DNA of 64,000 nt, taken from positions 1,023,907 through 1,087,906 of the forward strand of contig OY970230.1 in the NCBI GenBank assembly GCA_963714095.1, read 5' to 3'. Positions within the stretch are counted from its first letter, which is position 1; each line of letters begins with the position of its first letter. Position numbers and translations under genes: made by a program. This stretch comes from Candidatus Gottesmanbacteria bacterium (GTDB taxonomy: Bacteria; Patescibacteriota; Microgenomatia; UBA10105; UBA927). Positions 50,031 to 59,244 of the stretch are shown in pieces. Below the pieces are notes generated by a model, which saw only the letters and a program-made list of their open reading frames with translations, was not told where the DNA came from and did not search any database.

Positions 50031-50882
50031 TTATATTGAAGCTAAAAAGTCAAGGGTCTTTTGGCGCCGGAGTACCGATGCCAAATAGTAACGTTGGGCT
50101 TCAAGTGTCTTTTTTTCCTCGTCCGTTTTGCCGGTTTTAATGACGGCATCGATGTCGTCATCAGAGACAAGAATTCCCTCTTTATCCGCAATTTCTTCAA
50201 GAGCGAATTCGAGAGTCAGCGTGCGCTTTGCCTGCTCCTCGTATTCTTTGCGGATGCTTTCCCTGCTGCGGCCCGTGGAAGCAAGATATTGTTCAACCGT
50301 GAGTCCGAGTTTTTTGGTCTGGTCGATAAGCTCGGAAAGCAGGCGGTTGACCTCGTGTTCGGTAAGAATCGGCGGCAGTGTCGTTTTGATGCAGCCATAA
50401 AGTGTCAGCAACAGTTCATCGAGCGTCGGTTTAGTATCTTTATCCTTATCTTCTGCAGGATCCCCCGGCTTCCAGATTTTTTTGCCTTTGGAAGCTTTGA
50501 GATCCGTAATTGCCTTTTTATACTCCCCTACCGTGATAGCCGGTTTTTCGCAGGTATGGGCGATAAATACCCAATCTTTATTTTCGGTTGCGTCCTTGAG
50601 TTCTATTTTTGGGCTGACGATGGGTTTGACTTTCTGCTCGGTAACCGCTGCGTTGTAGGAGTCGGGAATCAATGTTTTAAGTGCTTCCTCATAGACTTTG
50701 GTTTTATCCAGATTTTTTTCAACGAGATCGCGAGGCGCGTGACCGATACGGAAGCCGGGAAGTTCCGCGTGAGCGACCATTGCCGCGACGGTTTTTTCGT
50801 AGGTGGCTGCCACATCCGCCCACGGGATGGTGATAGTGATGGCTATAGATCCGTCCGGTGTCCTGGTAATCGTTGAAGTCAT
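50031..50882 (-). CDS. tig: Trigger factor lacking the FKBP domain
   Basis: PGFRIGHAP ribosome-binding motif, IADKEGILVS; only ~283 aa. Confidence 0.88.
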   Translation of the reverse strand: MTSTITRTPDGSIAITITIPWADVAATYEKTVAAMVAHAELPGFRIGHAPRDLVEKNLDKTKVYEEALKTLIPDSYNAAVTEQKVKPIVSPKIELKDATENKDWVFIAHTCEKPAITVGEYKKAITDLKASKGKKIWKPGDPAEDKDKDTKPTLDELLLTLYGCIKTTLPPILTEHEVNRLLSELIDQTKKLGLTVEQYLASTGRSRESIRKEYEEQAKRTLTLEFALEEIADKEGILVSDDDIDAVIKTGKTDEEKKTLEAQRYYLASVLRRQKTLDFLASI

Positions 50883-50913
50883 GTCATGCATTGTATCATG
50901 AAATTATCGGGGT

Positions 50914-51342
50914 TCAAAATCCCAGCGGCAGGGTAAGTACCGGCGGCGTCAGTGTCTGATCCTGGGTGGAGTTGGCCGTAACGGCTGCAGAAAGGGAGGC
51001 GACTGAGGATGAAAACTGCAGAAATGCGCTTTGGGTCGCAAGCGGCGAAAGCAGCTGTATGGGTGTGGGCGTCGGCTGAACCGGAGTGGGTGTCGGAACG
51101 GGCAGGGCGGGCGCGACGCGCGGTTTCATCATCAATAGACCGATGAGGCCAAGAAGGACAAGGACGCCTGCAATAAGCCCCCAGAGAAGTGTGGGCGGCA
51201 TCACGGATTTTTGCGCGGGCGCGGGCGGAGGAGCTGCTGCGGGTCCCGTCGTTGGCGGCGGCGGTGATCCCGTCATCAGGGGTGGCGTCGGTGCTGGTCC
51301 CGTCATCGGAGGCGGATTGATTGGTACGTTTTGTTCGTCCAT
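50914..51342 (-). CDS. Pro-rich single-TM protein
   Basis: PPP repeats, TM, PTPTP. Confidence 0.7.
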   Translation of the reverse strand: MDEQNVPINPPPMTGPAPTPPLMTGSPPPPTTGPAAAPPPAPAQKSVMPPTLLWGLIAGVLVLLGLIGLLMMKPRVAPALPVPTPTPVQPTPTPIQLLSPLATQSAFLQFSSSVASLSAAVTANSTQDQTLTPPVLTLPLGF

Positions 51343-51346
51343 AGGT

Positions 51347-52162
51347 TTATTTGTACTGGAGTGCCGTGACTAATTCTCCGAGAAACCCGATGAGCTGGGT
51401 AAGGAGTTGTTGGGCATCCGTACATTGTTTATTGATATCGGCTGTTTTTTGGTCGAGTTCATAGATGGAGGTGACCGGGGCAAGCCCGGTTGCGGAAGCC
51501 GTAGCAGCCGCGTCTATTTTCTGCTGGTAAAGACTTCGTGTATTCTGGATTTGTATGAGCCATTGATTGATCGTGGCGGTTTTTTCCGGTGGCAAAAGTG
51601 CGGCGTTGCTACTGATAATCCCCTGTGCCGTTTGGAGGTTCTGATCGAATGTGTGGGCGAGGGCCTCCAGCTTTCCGATAGTGACACCGATAATCGTCTG
51701 AGAAATAGTTATCTGAAGAGCGACATAATGATTTTCCAAAATGCTGGAGCTGCGTGTTGCATCATCCAGAGACGTAATCCCCGCGATGTTCTGGTTTTGT
51801 GTGTCCAGAAACGCGATTTCCTTTTGCAAATTTGCCTGGTATTGCCCTTTTGTGCCCGTATCGAGCCCCTGGTCCTCATTCAGTTTTTCATTGAGAAACG
51901 AAAGATAACTCCGCAGGAGCAAATCCCGCTGTGTCATCATCGTCTGGGTTGCAGTCATGGCTGCGGTTTGGCTTGTGAGATTTTGGTATTTGAGATAGGA
52001 GTCGCGCGCCAGCTGGAAGCTTGAATACGATTGGCGGTACGTGTCGAACTGATTGAGGTAGTCGCTATACGCCTGCTGGCTCGTGGCGAGTACCCGACCT
52101 ACTAAAAACGCCGGAAGAACGAGCAGGAAAAGAATAATAACCCCGGGCAGACATTTCTTCAC
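51347..52162 (-). CDS. Secreted helical hypothetical protein
   Basis: Signal peptide, Gln-rich helices; GTG start after -10 box. Confidence 0.7.
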   Translation of the reverse strand: MKKCLPGVIILFLLVLPAFLVGRVLATSQQAYSDYLNQFDTYRQSYSSFQLARDSYLKYQNLTSQTAAMTATQTMMTQRDLLLRSYLSFLNEKLNEDQGLDTGTKGQYQANLQKEIAFLDTQNQNIAGITSLDDATRSSSILENHYVALQITISQTIIGVTIGKLEALAHTFDQNLQTAQGIISSNAALLPPEKTATINQWLIQIQNTRSLYQQKIDAAATASATGLAPVTSIYELDQKTADINKQCTDAQQLLTQLIGFLGELVTALQYK

Positions 52163-52209
52163 ACATCCATCGTAGCAGAAGGGCGTGAAAGCGGTCAAGG
52201 GAAGCCGAA

Positions 52210-52734
52210 TTATTTTGGTTTCCAGATTGCCGAAAAGTGGTCACGATCTGTCATTAAACAATCAAATTTTCCGCGAAACCAGGGTTCTCCCTCTATATCA
52301 TAATTATCACCGACAGTAAAAAGATATTTCCCGACGTGTGAAGATAACAATGAAATGTTTAATTCATTAAACCCATGGAGTCTGCCCGCGTAACTCATAA
52401 GAACGATATCGGCGCAGGGAATACTTTTTTTTGATAATGTTTCCGGTAACCATCCTTTGTGAAATGTTACCCGGGGATGATTGACAGCATCGGGAACCAA
52501 TACTTTATGGATGTCAATTGCATGAATTTGAGCATTCGGAAAACAGAGTATTGAACCAAGAGTTAATGTTCCGTTTCCGCAATAGAGGTCCAGGACTGTT
52601 TTAACCGTATCAAACTGGAGCCCAACTTGTTCGAAAGAACGGTGAAGGAAGAATTCATACGCATCAGCTTGCTTTAGACCAACATCACCAAAAGAGTGTT
52701 GAGGTCGCGGAGATTCCCGTTCTTCATTACCCAT
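52210..52734 (-). CDS. Class I SAM-dependent methyltransferase
   Basis: VLDLYCGNG, IHAID; ATG 4 nt after tRNA-Leu. Confidence 0.75.
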   Translation of the reverse strand: MGNEERESPRPQHSFGDVGLKQADAYEFFLHRSFEQVGLQFDTVKTVLDLYCGNGTLTLGSILCFPNAQIHAIDIHKVLVPDAVNHPRVTFHKGWLPETLSKKSIPCADIVLMSYAGRLHGFNELNISLLSSHVGKYLFTVGDNYDIEGEPWFRGKFDCLMTDRDHFSAIWKPK

Positions 52735-52738
52735 AGTG

Positions 52739-52820
52739 TGCTCCCGGGAGGACTTGAACCTCCAAGCCTTTCGGCACAGGTTCCTAAAACCTGCGCGTAT
52801 ACCAGTTCCGCCACGGGAGC
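52739..52820 (-). tRNA. tRNA-Leu(TAG)
   Basis: CAGGT-TTTAGGA-ACCTG, long variable arm, GGTTCAAGTCC. Confidence 0.96.
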
Positions 52821-52843
52821 GATATGCATGTATTATATCGCTC

Positions 52844-53410
52844 TTAGATGGATACCGGTAGCTGGGCGACGTGGGTAGGCTGGAATGCTTCCATCTGGTC
52901 GATAAAGTACCGCACGTGCGTGGCCCACGAATTCCCGTTGGCGGCATATATCCAGCCGATGTCGTAGATGTCTTTTGATCCGCGATTGATATAATTTTGG
53001 CGTAAGCCCTCGGATACCTGGGTTATTCCGTCTGCCCAGCTGGTAAAGTGGACGCCGTCAGTCGCGCCGGTCGGTATGCCCCACCCCCAGCAGTTATACG
53101 AGCCGGCAGGGATCTCCTTGCCGAACGTAGATTCCACGCCTGCAATGGCGGCAACAAGTTTCCAGTCCAGGTTGTTCTTATCAGCTTCAGCCACGAACGT
53201 TTCCGCCTCATCTGCCAGAGGGGAATTATACGATGCAAGGTAATCGTGCAGCCGCGCAACACGTGTATCGGGAGCGGTATCAGGCTGGTTGAGAGCAATT
53301 GTGGCGGCAGATCCCGCTTCCGATACGGCAAAAACGCTGGCCGTGGGGAAGCTGGCTAAGGCAAGAATGAGCATGATTGTGACAAACAGCTTGTTTTTCA
53401 TAACCATCAA
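52844..53410 (-). CDS. Secreted lysozyme-fold (glucosaminidase-like) protein
   Basis: SPL, AIAGVESTFGK, YNCWGWG, FTSW. Confidence 0.75.
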   Translation of the reverse strand: MMVMKNKLFVTIMLILALASFPTASVFAVSEAGSAATIALNQPDTAPDTRVARLHDYLASYNSPLADEAETFVAEADKNNLDWKLVAAIAGVESTFGKEIPAGSYNCWGWGIPTGATDGVHFTSWADGITQVSEGLRQNYINRGSKDIYDIGWIYAANGNSWATHVRYFIDQMEAFQPTHVAQLPVSI

Positions 53411-53460
53411 AAAATCCTAAAGCAAACTGTTTAACGAGCTTACTTTAGGATCTAGGCGGC

Positions 53461-53489
53461 AGTATAGCCTAAATAGGGGTATTTGTCAA
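53461..53489 (-). promoter_or_regulatory. Near-consensus sigma70 promoter followed by a 5'-UTR hairpin (53413-53451)
   Basis: TTGACA-17 nt-TATACT; ATCCTAAAG...CTTTAGGAT inverted repeat downstream. Confidence 0.75.
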
Positions 53490-53514
53490 GTCTATGGGCT
53501 ATTTCTGCCCTGGG

Positions 53515-54111
53515 TTAGAAGATGCTGTTTTCGAAGTGTTCTACGCAGTTGGCCCATGAGCCGCCGTTGGCAGCTGAAGGCGGTGCCCAAATTTCACCGA
53601 TATCGTGCAGTGAGGTAATGCCCTGGGCATAGTAGCGGTCATGGATGTAGCTACTTACCCACTCGATGGCTCCCTGCCAGCTGTCAAAATTTTTACCCTC
53701 CTGTGTTCCGGTGAATACAGCGATACCAAACGGGTTAAATCCTGCTTTGAGAGGCACTTTTTTTCCTAAATTCGATTCGCACATGGCAATTGCCGGAAGC
53801 AGCCGGAAATCGTATCCGTATTTGTCCGCCTCTTCCACAATGAGATTTGCATACGGCTCCATGGGGGAATCATTTTTTTTGAAAAATGATTCCAACAGGA
53901 GTGTCCGCGCATCCCCTGCTATCACGTTGGCGGACAGGACTTCCGACGTGCCGCTTGAGGCCGTCACGTTATTATCATCAGGCGCACTGTTGGACAGCGG
54001 GAGTGCCGGATGGCCCCAATTCGTTGACGAAACCAGGATGGCCAGGTTGATAATAAGGAGCATTAATGTCAGCGGGAACCACAGCAATACCAACAAGGTT
54101 TTCCTTCGCAT
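53515..54111 (-). CDS. Membrane-anchored lysozyme-fold protein, paralog of the neighbour
   Basis: SPM, AIAMCESNLGK, FNPFGI, FDSW. Confidence 0.75.
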   Translation of the reverse strand: MRRKTLLVLLWFPLTLMLLIINLAILVSSTNWGHPALPLSNSAPDDNNVTASSGTSEVLSANVIAGDARTLLLESFFKKNDSPMEPYANLIVEEADKYGYDFRLLPAIAMCESNLGKKVPLKAGFNPFGIAVFTGTQEGKNFDSWQGAIEWVSSYIHDRYYAQGITSLHDIGEIWAPPSAANGGSWANCVEHFENSIF

Positions 54112-54142
54112 ATTCCCATGGTGCCATAGATGCTACCGGCCG

Positions 54143-54394
54143 TCAAGCGTGGTGAATAATCAGCGCTTCCTTCTGCGCTTTTGACATTTTTTTGATCGCG
54201 TGCTCGCGTTTGAGAGCGCTGCTGCGGGTCTCGGTTGTTTCCGTATAAACGAGTTTTACCGGCCGACGCAATTTCGTATACGCCGCCCCCCGTATTATTT
54301 CTCCATTGTGTTCACGCAGCCGGCGGATAATATCGGTCGTGATGCCTGTATAGAGTGTCGAATCCGCGCACCGGACGATATAGATATGCCACAT
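54143..54394 (-). CDS. GIY-YIG nuclease (UPF0213/YhbQ-like)
   Basis: YIVRC.D.TLYTGIT, RRLREHN, ALKRE. Confidence 0.9.
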   Translation of the reverse strand: MWHIYIVRCADSTLYTGITTDIIRRLREHNGEIIRGAAYTKLRRPVKLVYTETTETRSSALKREHAIKKMSKAQKEALIIHHA

Positions 54395-54404
54395 ACTTTA
54401 TTAT

Positions 54405-55691
54405 TTAAGTAATTTTCCGCTGGTTGATAAAGAGATACGTGCCGAACAGAAGGACCACGACAGCACTTATCCGCATTGCCATCTGGCTGCCCAGGTGTTC
54501 TGCAGCAAATCCTATCTCCAGACTCCCCAGCGGGCTCAGTCCCATAAATACAAGGGTATAAAGGCTCATCACACGTCCCCGCATACTGTCATCAACCTGG
54601 TGCTGGATAACGGTGTTGATCATGGCAAATTGTGAGACGATCCCGGTTCCTACGGCAAACAGGAGAATAAGTGCAAGAGGGATATTTGAGACAAACGTAA
54701 AAAGAATAAGCGCAAGAGCGAAAACGAGCGTTCCGGTCAAAATGATGCGTATCGGGTTGATTTTATGCGAATAGGCAGAGATCAAAAATGTGCCGGTGAG
54801 TGCTCCGAGACCTGCCGCGGCGTACAGATACCCCAGTCCCGCGGCTGAGAGGTGAAACGTTTGGGTTGCAATCACCGGCATGAGGGTCGAGTAGGACCAG
54901 CCAAAAATCGATACGACGCCCGAGAGGATAATGAGCGTCCGGATAACCGTATGGTTGTATGCATAGTGTAGCCCTTCTTTGATTGCCGCAATCGGATTTG
55001 CGTGGCGGTGCACGATTGTAAGCGGTGTTGAAATAAAGTAGAGCGCGATGATGACGGCAATATAGCTGAGGCCGTTTAAAATAAATGCCATGCCGGTGCC
55101 CACCGCGGCAATAAGAAGCCCGGCAATACTGGGCCCGATAACACGTGCGGCATTAAACATTCCGGAATTTAAGGCAATCGCCGAGGCAAGTGAACTTTTA
55201 TTGTCGATAAGCTCCGTTACATATGCCTGACGCGCAGGAGAATCGATGGCGTTGACGATGCCCAGTCCGAATGCCAGGGCAATAATTTCCCAGACTGTTA
55301 CCACATGGGTGACGGCAAGGAGGCCCAGGGTAAATGCGAGGACCATGGAGGCTGACTGTGTACAGATAAGAATTATTTTTTTGGGATACCGGTCCACAAT
55401 GACGCCGCCGATAAGGGATAAAAAGAGAGACGGAATAGTAGCGGCAGCCGCGTCCAGCCCTACGAAAAATGCGGAATGCGTGAGCGTCCAGACCAACCAG
55501 CCTTCTGCAACGATCTGCAGCCATGTACCGACGAGCGAAATAAGCTGGCCCATGAAGTACAACCGGTAGTTTCTGCTTTTAAATGCTGGAAACGAGCTGA
55601 CGATTTTATCCGTCCATCCGACCCCCTCCCCGACCGTCAGTTCGGGACATTCTTCCTCGATAAATTGTGGCTCTGAAGTTTCAATATCCAT
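54405..55691 (-). CDS. MFS transporter (MFS_3/DUF894-like)
   Basis: GQLISLVGTWLQ, GGVIVDR, NAARVIGP, RGRVMS. Confidence 0.92.
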   Translation of the reverse strand: MDIETSEPQFIEEECPELTVGEGVGWTDKIVSSFPAFKSRNYRLYFMGQLISLVGTWLQIVAEGWLVWTLTHSAFFVGLDAAAATIPSLFLSLIGGVIVDRYPKKIILICTQSASMVLAFTLGLLAVTHVVTVWEIIALAFGLGIVNAIDSPARQAYVTELIDNKSSLASAIALNSGMFNAARVIGPSIAGLLIAAVGTGMAFILNGLSYIAVIIALYFISTPLTIVHRHANPIAAIKEGLHYAYNHTVIRTLIILSGVVSIFGWSYSTLMPVIATQTFHLSAAGLGYLYAAAGLGALTGTFLISAYSHKINPIRIILTGTLVFALALILFTFVSNIPLALILLFAVGTGIVSQFAMINTVIQHQVDDSMRGRVMSLYTLVFMGLSPLGSLEIGFAAEHLGSQMAMRISAVVVLLFGTYLFINQRKIT

Positions 55692-55703
55692 AGGATACAC
55701 GTG

Positions 55704-55776
55704 TGAGCGCGGCGGGAATCGGACCCACAACCGTCTCCTTAAGAGGGAGATGCTCTACCAGTTGAGCTACGCGCCC
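55704..55776 (-). tRNA. tRNA-Lys(CTT)
   Basis: TCTCC-CTCTTAA-GGAGA; T-loop TCCGATT. Confidence 0.92.
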
Positions 55777-55778
55777 GG

Positions 55779-55850
55779 CGCGCCTAGGAGGAATCGAACC
55801 CCCATTAGCAGTTCCGAAGACTGCTGCTTTATCCGTTAAGCTATAGGCGC
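55779..55850 (-). tRNA. tRNA-Arg(TCG)
   Basis: GCAGT-CTTCGGA-ACTGC; GGTTCGATTCC. Confidence 0.94.
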
Positions 55851-55935
55851 ACGCTTACGTATTATACCAAACACGGCCGGCAAATACGTAAATTCACTCT
55901 TGCATCAAACGCGCAAAAACGTTATAAGAATTACT

Positions 55936-56766
55936 ATGAATCGACCTGATGTTAACAAACTGGGCCAAACACCGGACAATGCGAAAGATTTTTCTTCAGA
56001 AATGCACGTCTACACTCCGGATGATTTTTACCGTACAAAGGATGGTAAAAATCATTTGGACGTTGATATCGCAGGAGTATCCGTAACCCTGCCGGTTATC
56101 AATGTCGGGAAAGAAGGAGAGACCCCGGTATGGGTTGCTTATGCACACGTTAAGGAAAATCCTGAATTGGCCGCAGCAGCGCGAAAGGGTCTGTATGATA
56201 AACTTGTTACGTATTTGGAACCGATCTGCGAGTCATTGGCCCCAGGGGAATACGTCACGCTTATGAGTCCGCCGTCCCTCAAAACACAGGAATTATTTGA
56301 AGAGTTATCTCATGATTTAAAAGAGGTCTTTGGGGAAAAATTACGGTATGTGCAGCTTATCGGCGGGACGGATGAAAAAGAAGTAGCAGGAAGGGCGACC
56401 TCAGGAATCGTTCGTCCGTGTGATTCCGTTATTACGAAAGCTCAAGGGAAACATAAGTTTATCGGCGCGACGAAAGAACATGCGGAGACGCTCAAAAACA
56501 GCACGGTTGTGATCGGGGTTGATGATGTCGCAAACACAATGGAGACGACATGTGAGATGAGTGCTGTTGCAGATATGGCGGGTTTCGGAAATGCTGCATC
56601 TATCCAATATTTTGTTATTGGTACCGAGGCACAGTGGGATCCGCAGGGGCTGCATTATCCGAAAAAATTTCCGCCGGACATCAAAGCGTTTTTTCAAATT
56701 CCTGAAGTTATCGGTGATTTGCCTCCCATCAGAGAGTCTACCCCCGTTGATATAGGCAGGCTTTAA
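55936..56766 (+). CDS. Divergent type I phosphoribosyltransferase-like protein
   Basis: PRPP-loop-like VIGVDDVANTMET; LPVINV. Confidence 0.6.
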   Translation: MNRPDVNKLGQTPDNAKDFSSEMHVYTPDDFYRTKDGKNHLDVDIAGVSVTLPVINVGKEGETPVWVAYAHVKENPELAAAARKGLYDKLVTYLEPICESLAPGEYVTLMSPPSLKTQELFEELSHDLKEVFGEKLRYVQLIGGTDEKEVAGRATSGIVRPCDSVITKAQGKHKFIGATKEHAETLKNSTVVIGVDDVANTMETTCEMSAVADMAGFGNAASIQYFVIGTEAQWDPQGLHYPKKFPPDIKAFFQIPEVIGDLPPIRESTPVDIGRL

Positions 56767-56812
56767 CGGAGCTTTGGCTTATTTATACGCCCTATTATGG
56801 TATAATTTCCGG

Positions 56813-57472
56813 GTGACCAGTATACAGGAAATAGGCATTTCACCGATATCACAGCGAACAGATTTTTTGCGAATACTCGATACCGTTTCGTTTTCGCAAC
56901 TTACCGGAGAGGATATCGAAGAAATTATTCCATGGAACCTTGATAAATATACGGTACGGGATTTCCGAACCTACCTGGGAAAAATAGTTTCGACATTCGG
57001 ACAGGGCTGGGGTGTTTTTTCAAATAATTTTACGGCTTTGGATATTTGCTGCGGCGGCTGTGGATATAAGAGTGAAGGATTTTATCCATGGTGGCCTGCA
57101 ATTCTTTCCCAACTCGGTGCTGATGTTACAGGAATCGATATCGGCGATCAGCCGAAGGAACTCACCGGTATGTATACCCACATACAGTATGATGTAACGG
57201 ACCTTTCGGTTGGGTTAACAGAGATACCGGAAATTGCTGAAAATAAATTTCATCTTATTACCTGCCTCAATACAATAAATCCGTATATATCGTCAGACGT
57301 CATGGTGGAAACCGCCTGGAATAAACGGAAAAATACATTTGACATGCAACATATATTGTTCCGCGATATAGATAAGCTTCTCGTAAACGGTGGTCTGGCA
57401 TTTGTCGACTCTCATGAAGCCTGGCAGCAAATGTTTAGGAAAACACGTGAAGGATTGATACAGTTGGATTAA
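56813..57472 (+). CDS. Class I SAM methyltransferase-like protein
   Basis: ALDICCG, GADVTGID, LVNGG; GTG start after TGGTATAAT. Confidence 0.7.
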   Translation: MTSIQEIGISPISQRTDFLRILDTVSFSQLTGEDIEEIIPWNLDKYTVRDFRTYLGKIVSTFGQGWGVFSNNFTALDICCGGCGYKSEGFYPWWPAILSQLGADVTGIDIGDQPKELTGMYTHIQYDVTDLSVGLTEIPEIAENKFHLITCLNTINPYISSDVMVETAWNKRKNTFDMQHILFRDIDKLLVNGGLAFVDSHEAWQQMFRKTREGLIQLD

Positions 57473-57480
57473 CTGACGAT

Positions 57481-59094
57481 TTATACAATTTCGTCTTTTT
57501 TCGTGCGGATGAAGCGGATCCACTCTTCCACTACCTCGAAGATTATCTTCAGCGGCGCTTCGAGGACGAAGTCAAAAATAAAAATGAATATGTTGAGGCG
57601 TGCTATTTCCTTGGATAAAAACTGCCCAGCCTGCAATACCGGCATAAGGAAGAAGTCCATAAACGGTTCCAGGAATCCCTGTCGCTCGATCATTTCATAT
57701 TCCTTTGCCGAATGGCGGATCCGGTAGGCAAAGAACGAAACAAGCGCCACGAAGAATACGAAAATAATCTTACTCGGAATACTGAATTGCAATGCAGAAA
57801 GCGCGATGTTAATGAGTCCGAATGTAATGGCAAATGTAGCAAAGTAGAAGAATGAAAACGCAACGGTGAGAATCGGCCGGTTGTCCTTTTGCCGTTCGAT
57901 AAACGTATCTTTTTCCTTCGCAACCGCGTCAAAATTATACAGGAGTTTATGGATGCGGTCGATGAGCCTCCGTGTATTATCTGCGCCTGGCACACTAAAG
58001 AGCCCCGCGACCAGAAAGAGCATGAGAGGAGGAAATAGTGTATTGATGATAAGAGGAATGGGAGCCAATTTTTTCATGATATAGATGTCATACGGTGCTT
58101 CCAGGGCAAATGCGAAGACCATTTTGGTGAGGAATATATAGATAAAACTGCGCACCATGGCACGACGCACTTTTCGCCCCGTTTCGTTATAGCGGTTAAT
58201 GGCAATCTGCGTCAGTTTTTCGTCAAGCTTTTTCGGGTCGTCGATATAACTTCGTACTTCCGGGCCGGTTTCGATAAAAAAATCTTTCAGTAAGAGAAAC
58301 GGGGGCACCTGCCGCCGTAAATAGCGGAATACCGGAGCAGTTAAGGGATGTGTCAGCGTCGCGCGGATCGACCGTGTTGCACTTAAGAATTGTGTAACGG
58401 TTGATGGCCCGGCTTCCTTCGTGTTGTTTAGCCAGTCCGGCAACAGGAGTGTTGTGAGGTGATAGGCGATAAGGGCATCATCTGACTGCATATATGCACG
58501 CTCCGAAGCGACGAGCGTAATAAGATTTGTCTCCTGTTCGGAAACACCCGTAAGTGATATCTTCGGGCGGTTTGCCTGGTAGAAAAAGTACAGCAGCGCC
58601 TGCCGCTTTCTGGCCGGGACAATAGATTCTTCTATTTCGCTTGATGCGATGCCCAAGACGTAGTCCCAGGGGACTGCGGCGTGACCGGCTGAGATTGCCT
58701 GTTTGATCGTCAGGTATTTGTCAATAATCAGGGTGATTTCAGTAATTTTGTCTTCATCTATGAACGAACTGTCAATATACTTTGCCCATAAAAGTTCAGT
58801 CACCAGATTTTCGGCAATTGATCCTGCGGCTCCGTTTAACAGAATACGCCGCTTGAGAATCCGTTCAATTGCCGCCCGGCGGATAAGATGTTCGGCGCGG
58901 AATTCTACGGCATTCCGTATTTTTTCAAAGACAACGGCAAGAGCGGAAACGGTGCGGCTTACGTTGTACCCCACGCCGCTTTTTCCCATAACTACTCCCT
59001 CAGAGTAGGTATTGATAAGATCCACTACGATCGGGGCGAGTTTTGGCTTCGTCATAGTCCGGCCGGTTACCTCAATTGCATCATTGTCGTTCAT
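57481..59094 (-). CDS. Conserved hypothetical membrane protein
   Basis: EHLIRRAAIERILKRR; several C-terminal TMs. Confidence 0.8.
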   Translation of the reverse strand: MNDNDAIEVTGRTMTKPKLAPIVVDLINTYSEGVVMGKSGVGYNVSRTVSALAVVFEKIRNAVEFRAEHLIRRAAIERILKRRILLNGAAGSIAENLVTELLWAKYIDSSFIDEDKITEITLIIDKYLTIKQAISAGHAAVPWDYVLGIASSEIEESIVPARKRQALLYFFYQANRPKISLTGVSEQETNLITLVASERAYMQSDDALIAYHLTTLLLPDWLNNTKEAGPSTVTQFLSATRSIRATLTHPLTAPVFRYLRRQVPPFLLLKDFFIETGPEVRSYIDDPKKLDEKLTQIAINRYNETGRKVRRAMVRSFIYIFLTKMVFAFALEAPYDIYIMKKLAPIPLIINTLFPPLMLFLVAGLFSVPGADNTRRLIDRIHKLLYNFDAVAKEKDTFIERQKDNRPILTVAFSFFYFATFAITFGLINIALSALQFSIPSKIIFVFFVALVSFFAYRIRHSAKEYEMIERQGFLEPFMDFFLMPVLQAGQFLSKEIARLNIFIFIFDFVLEAPLKIIFEVVEEWIRFIRTKKDEIV

Positions 59095-59244
59095 GGGACC
59101 TTTCTGGTAATAATTTCACTGTACACGTATAAGTATATCAGATTTTATGGTTTCTGGTCCTATTTGAACGCAGGCAATAGTTTTGCGGTAGAAGCTATGT
59201 GGTACAATTACATCCGAATTACATATATTTTTGTATGCATACAC

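Noticed and set aside
50061-50876. 271-aa plus-strand ORF
   Set aside because: Antisense shadow of tig
52735-52947. Methyltransferase ORF extension through tRNA-Leu
   Set aside because: Chance open frame across the tRNA; ATG 52734 fits better (the same applies to the MFS extension into tRNA-Lys)
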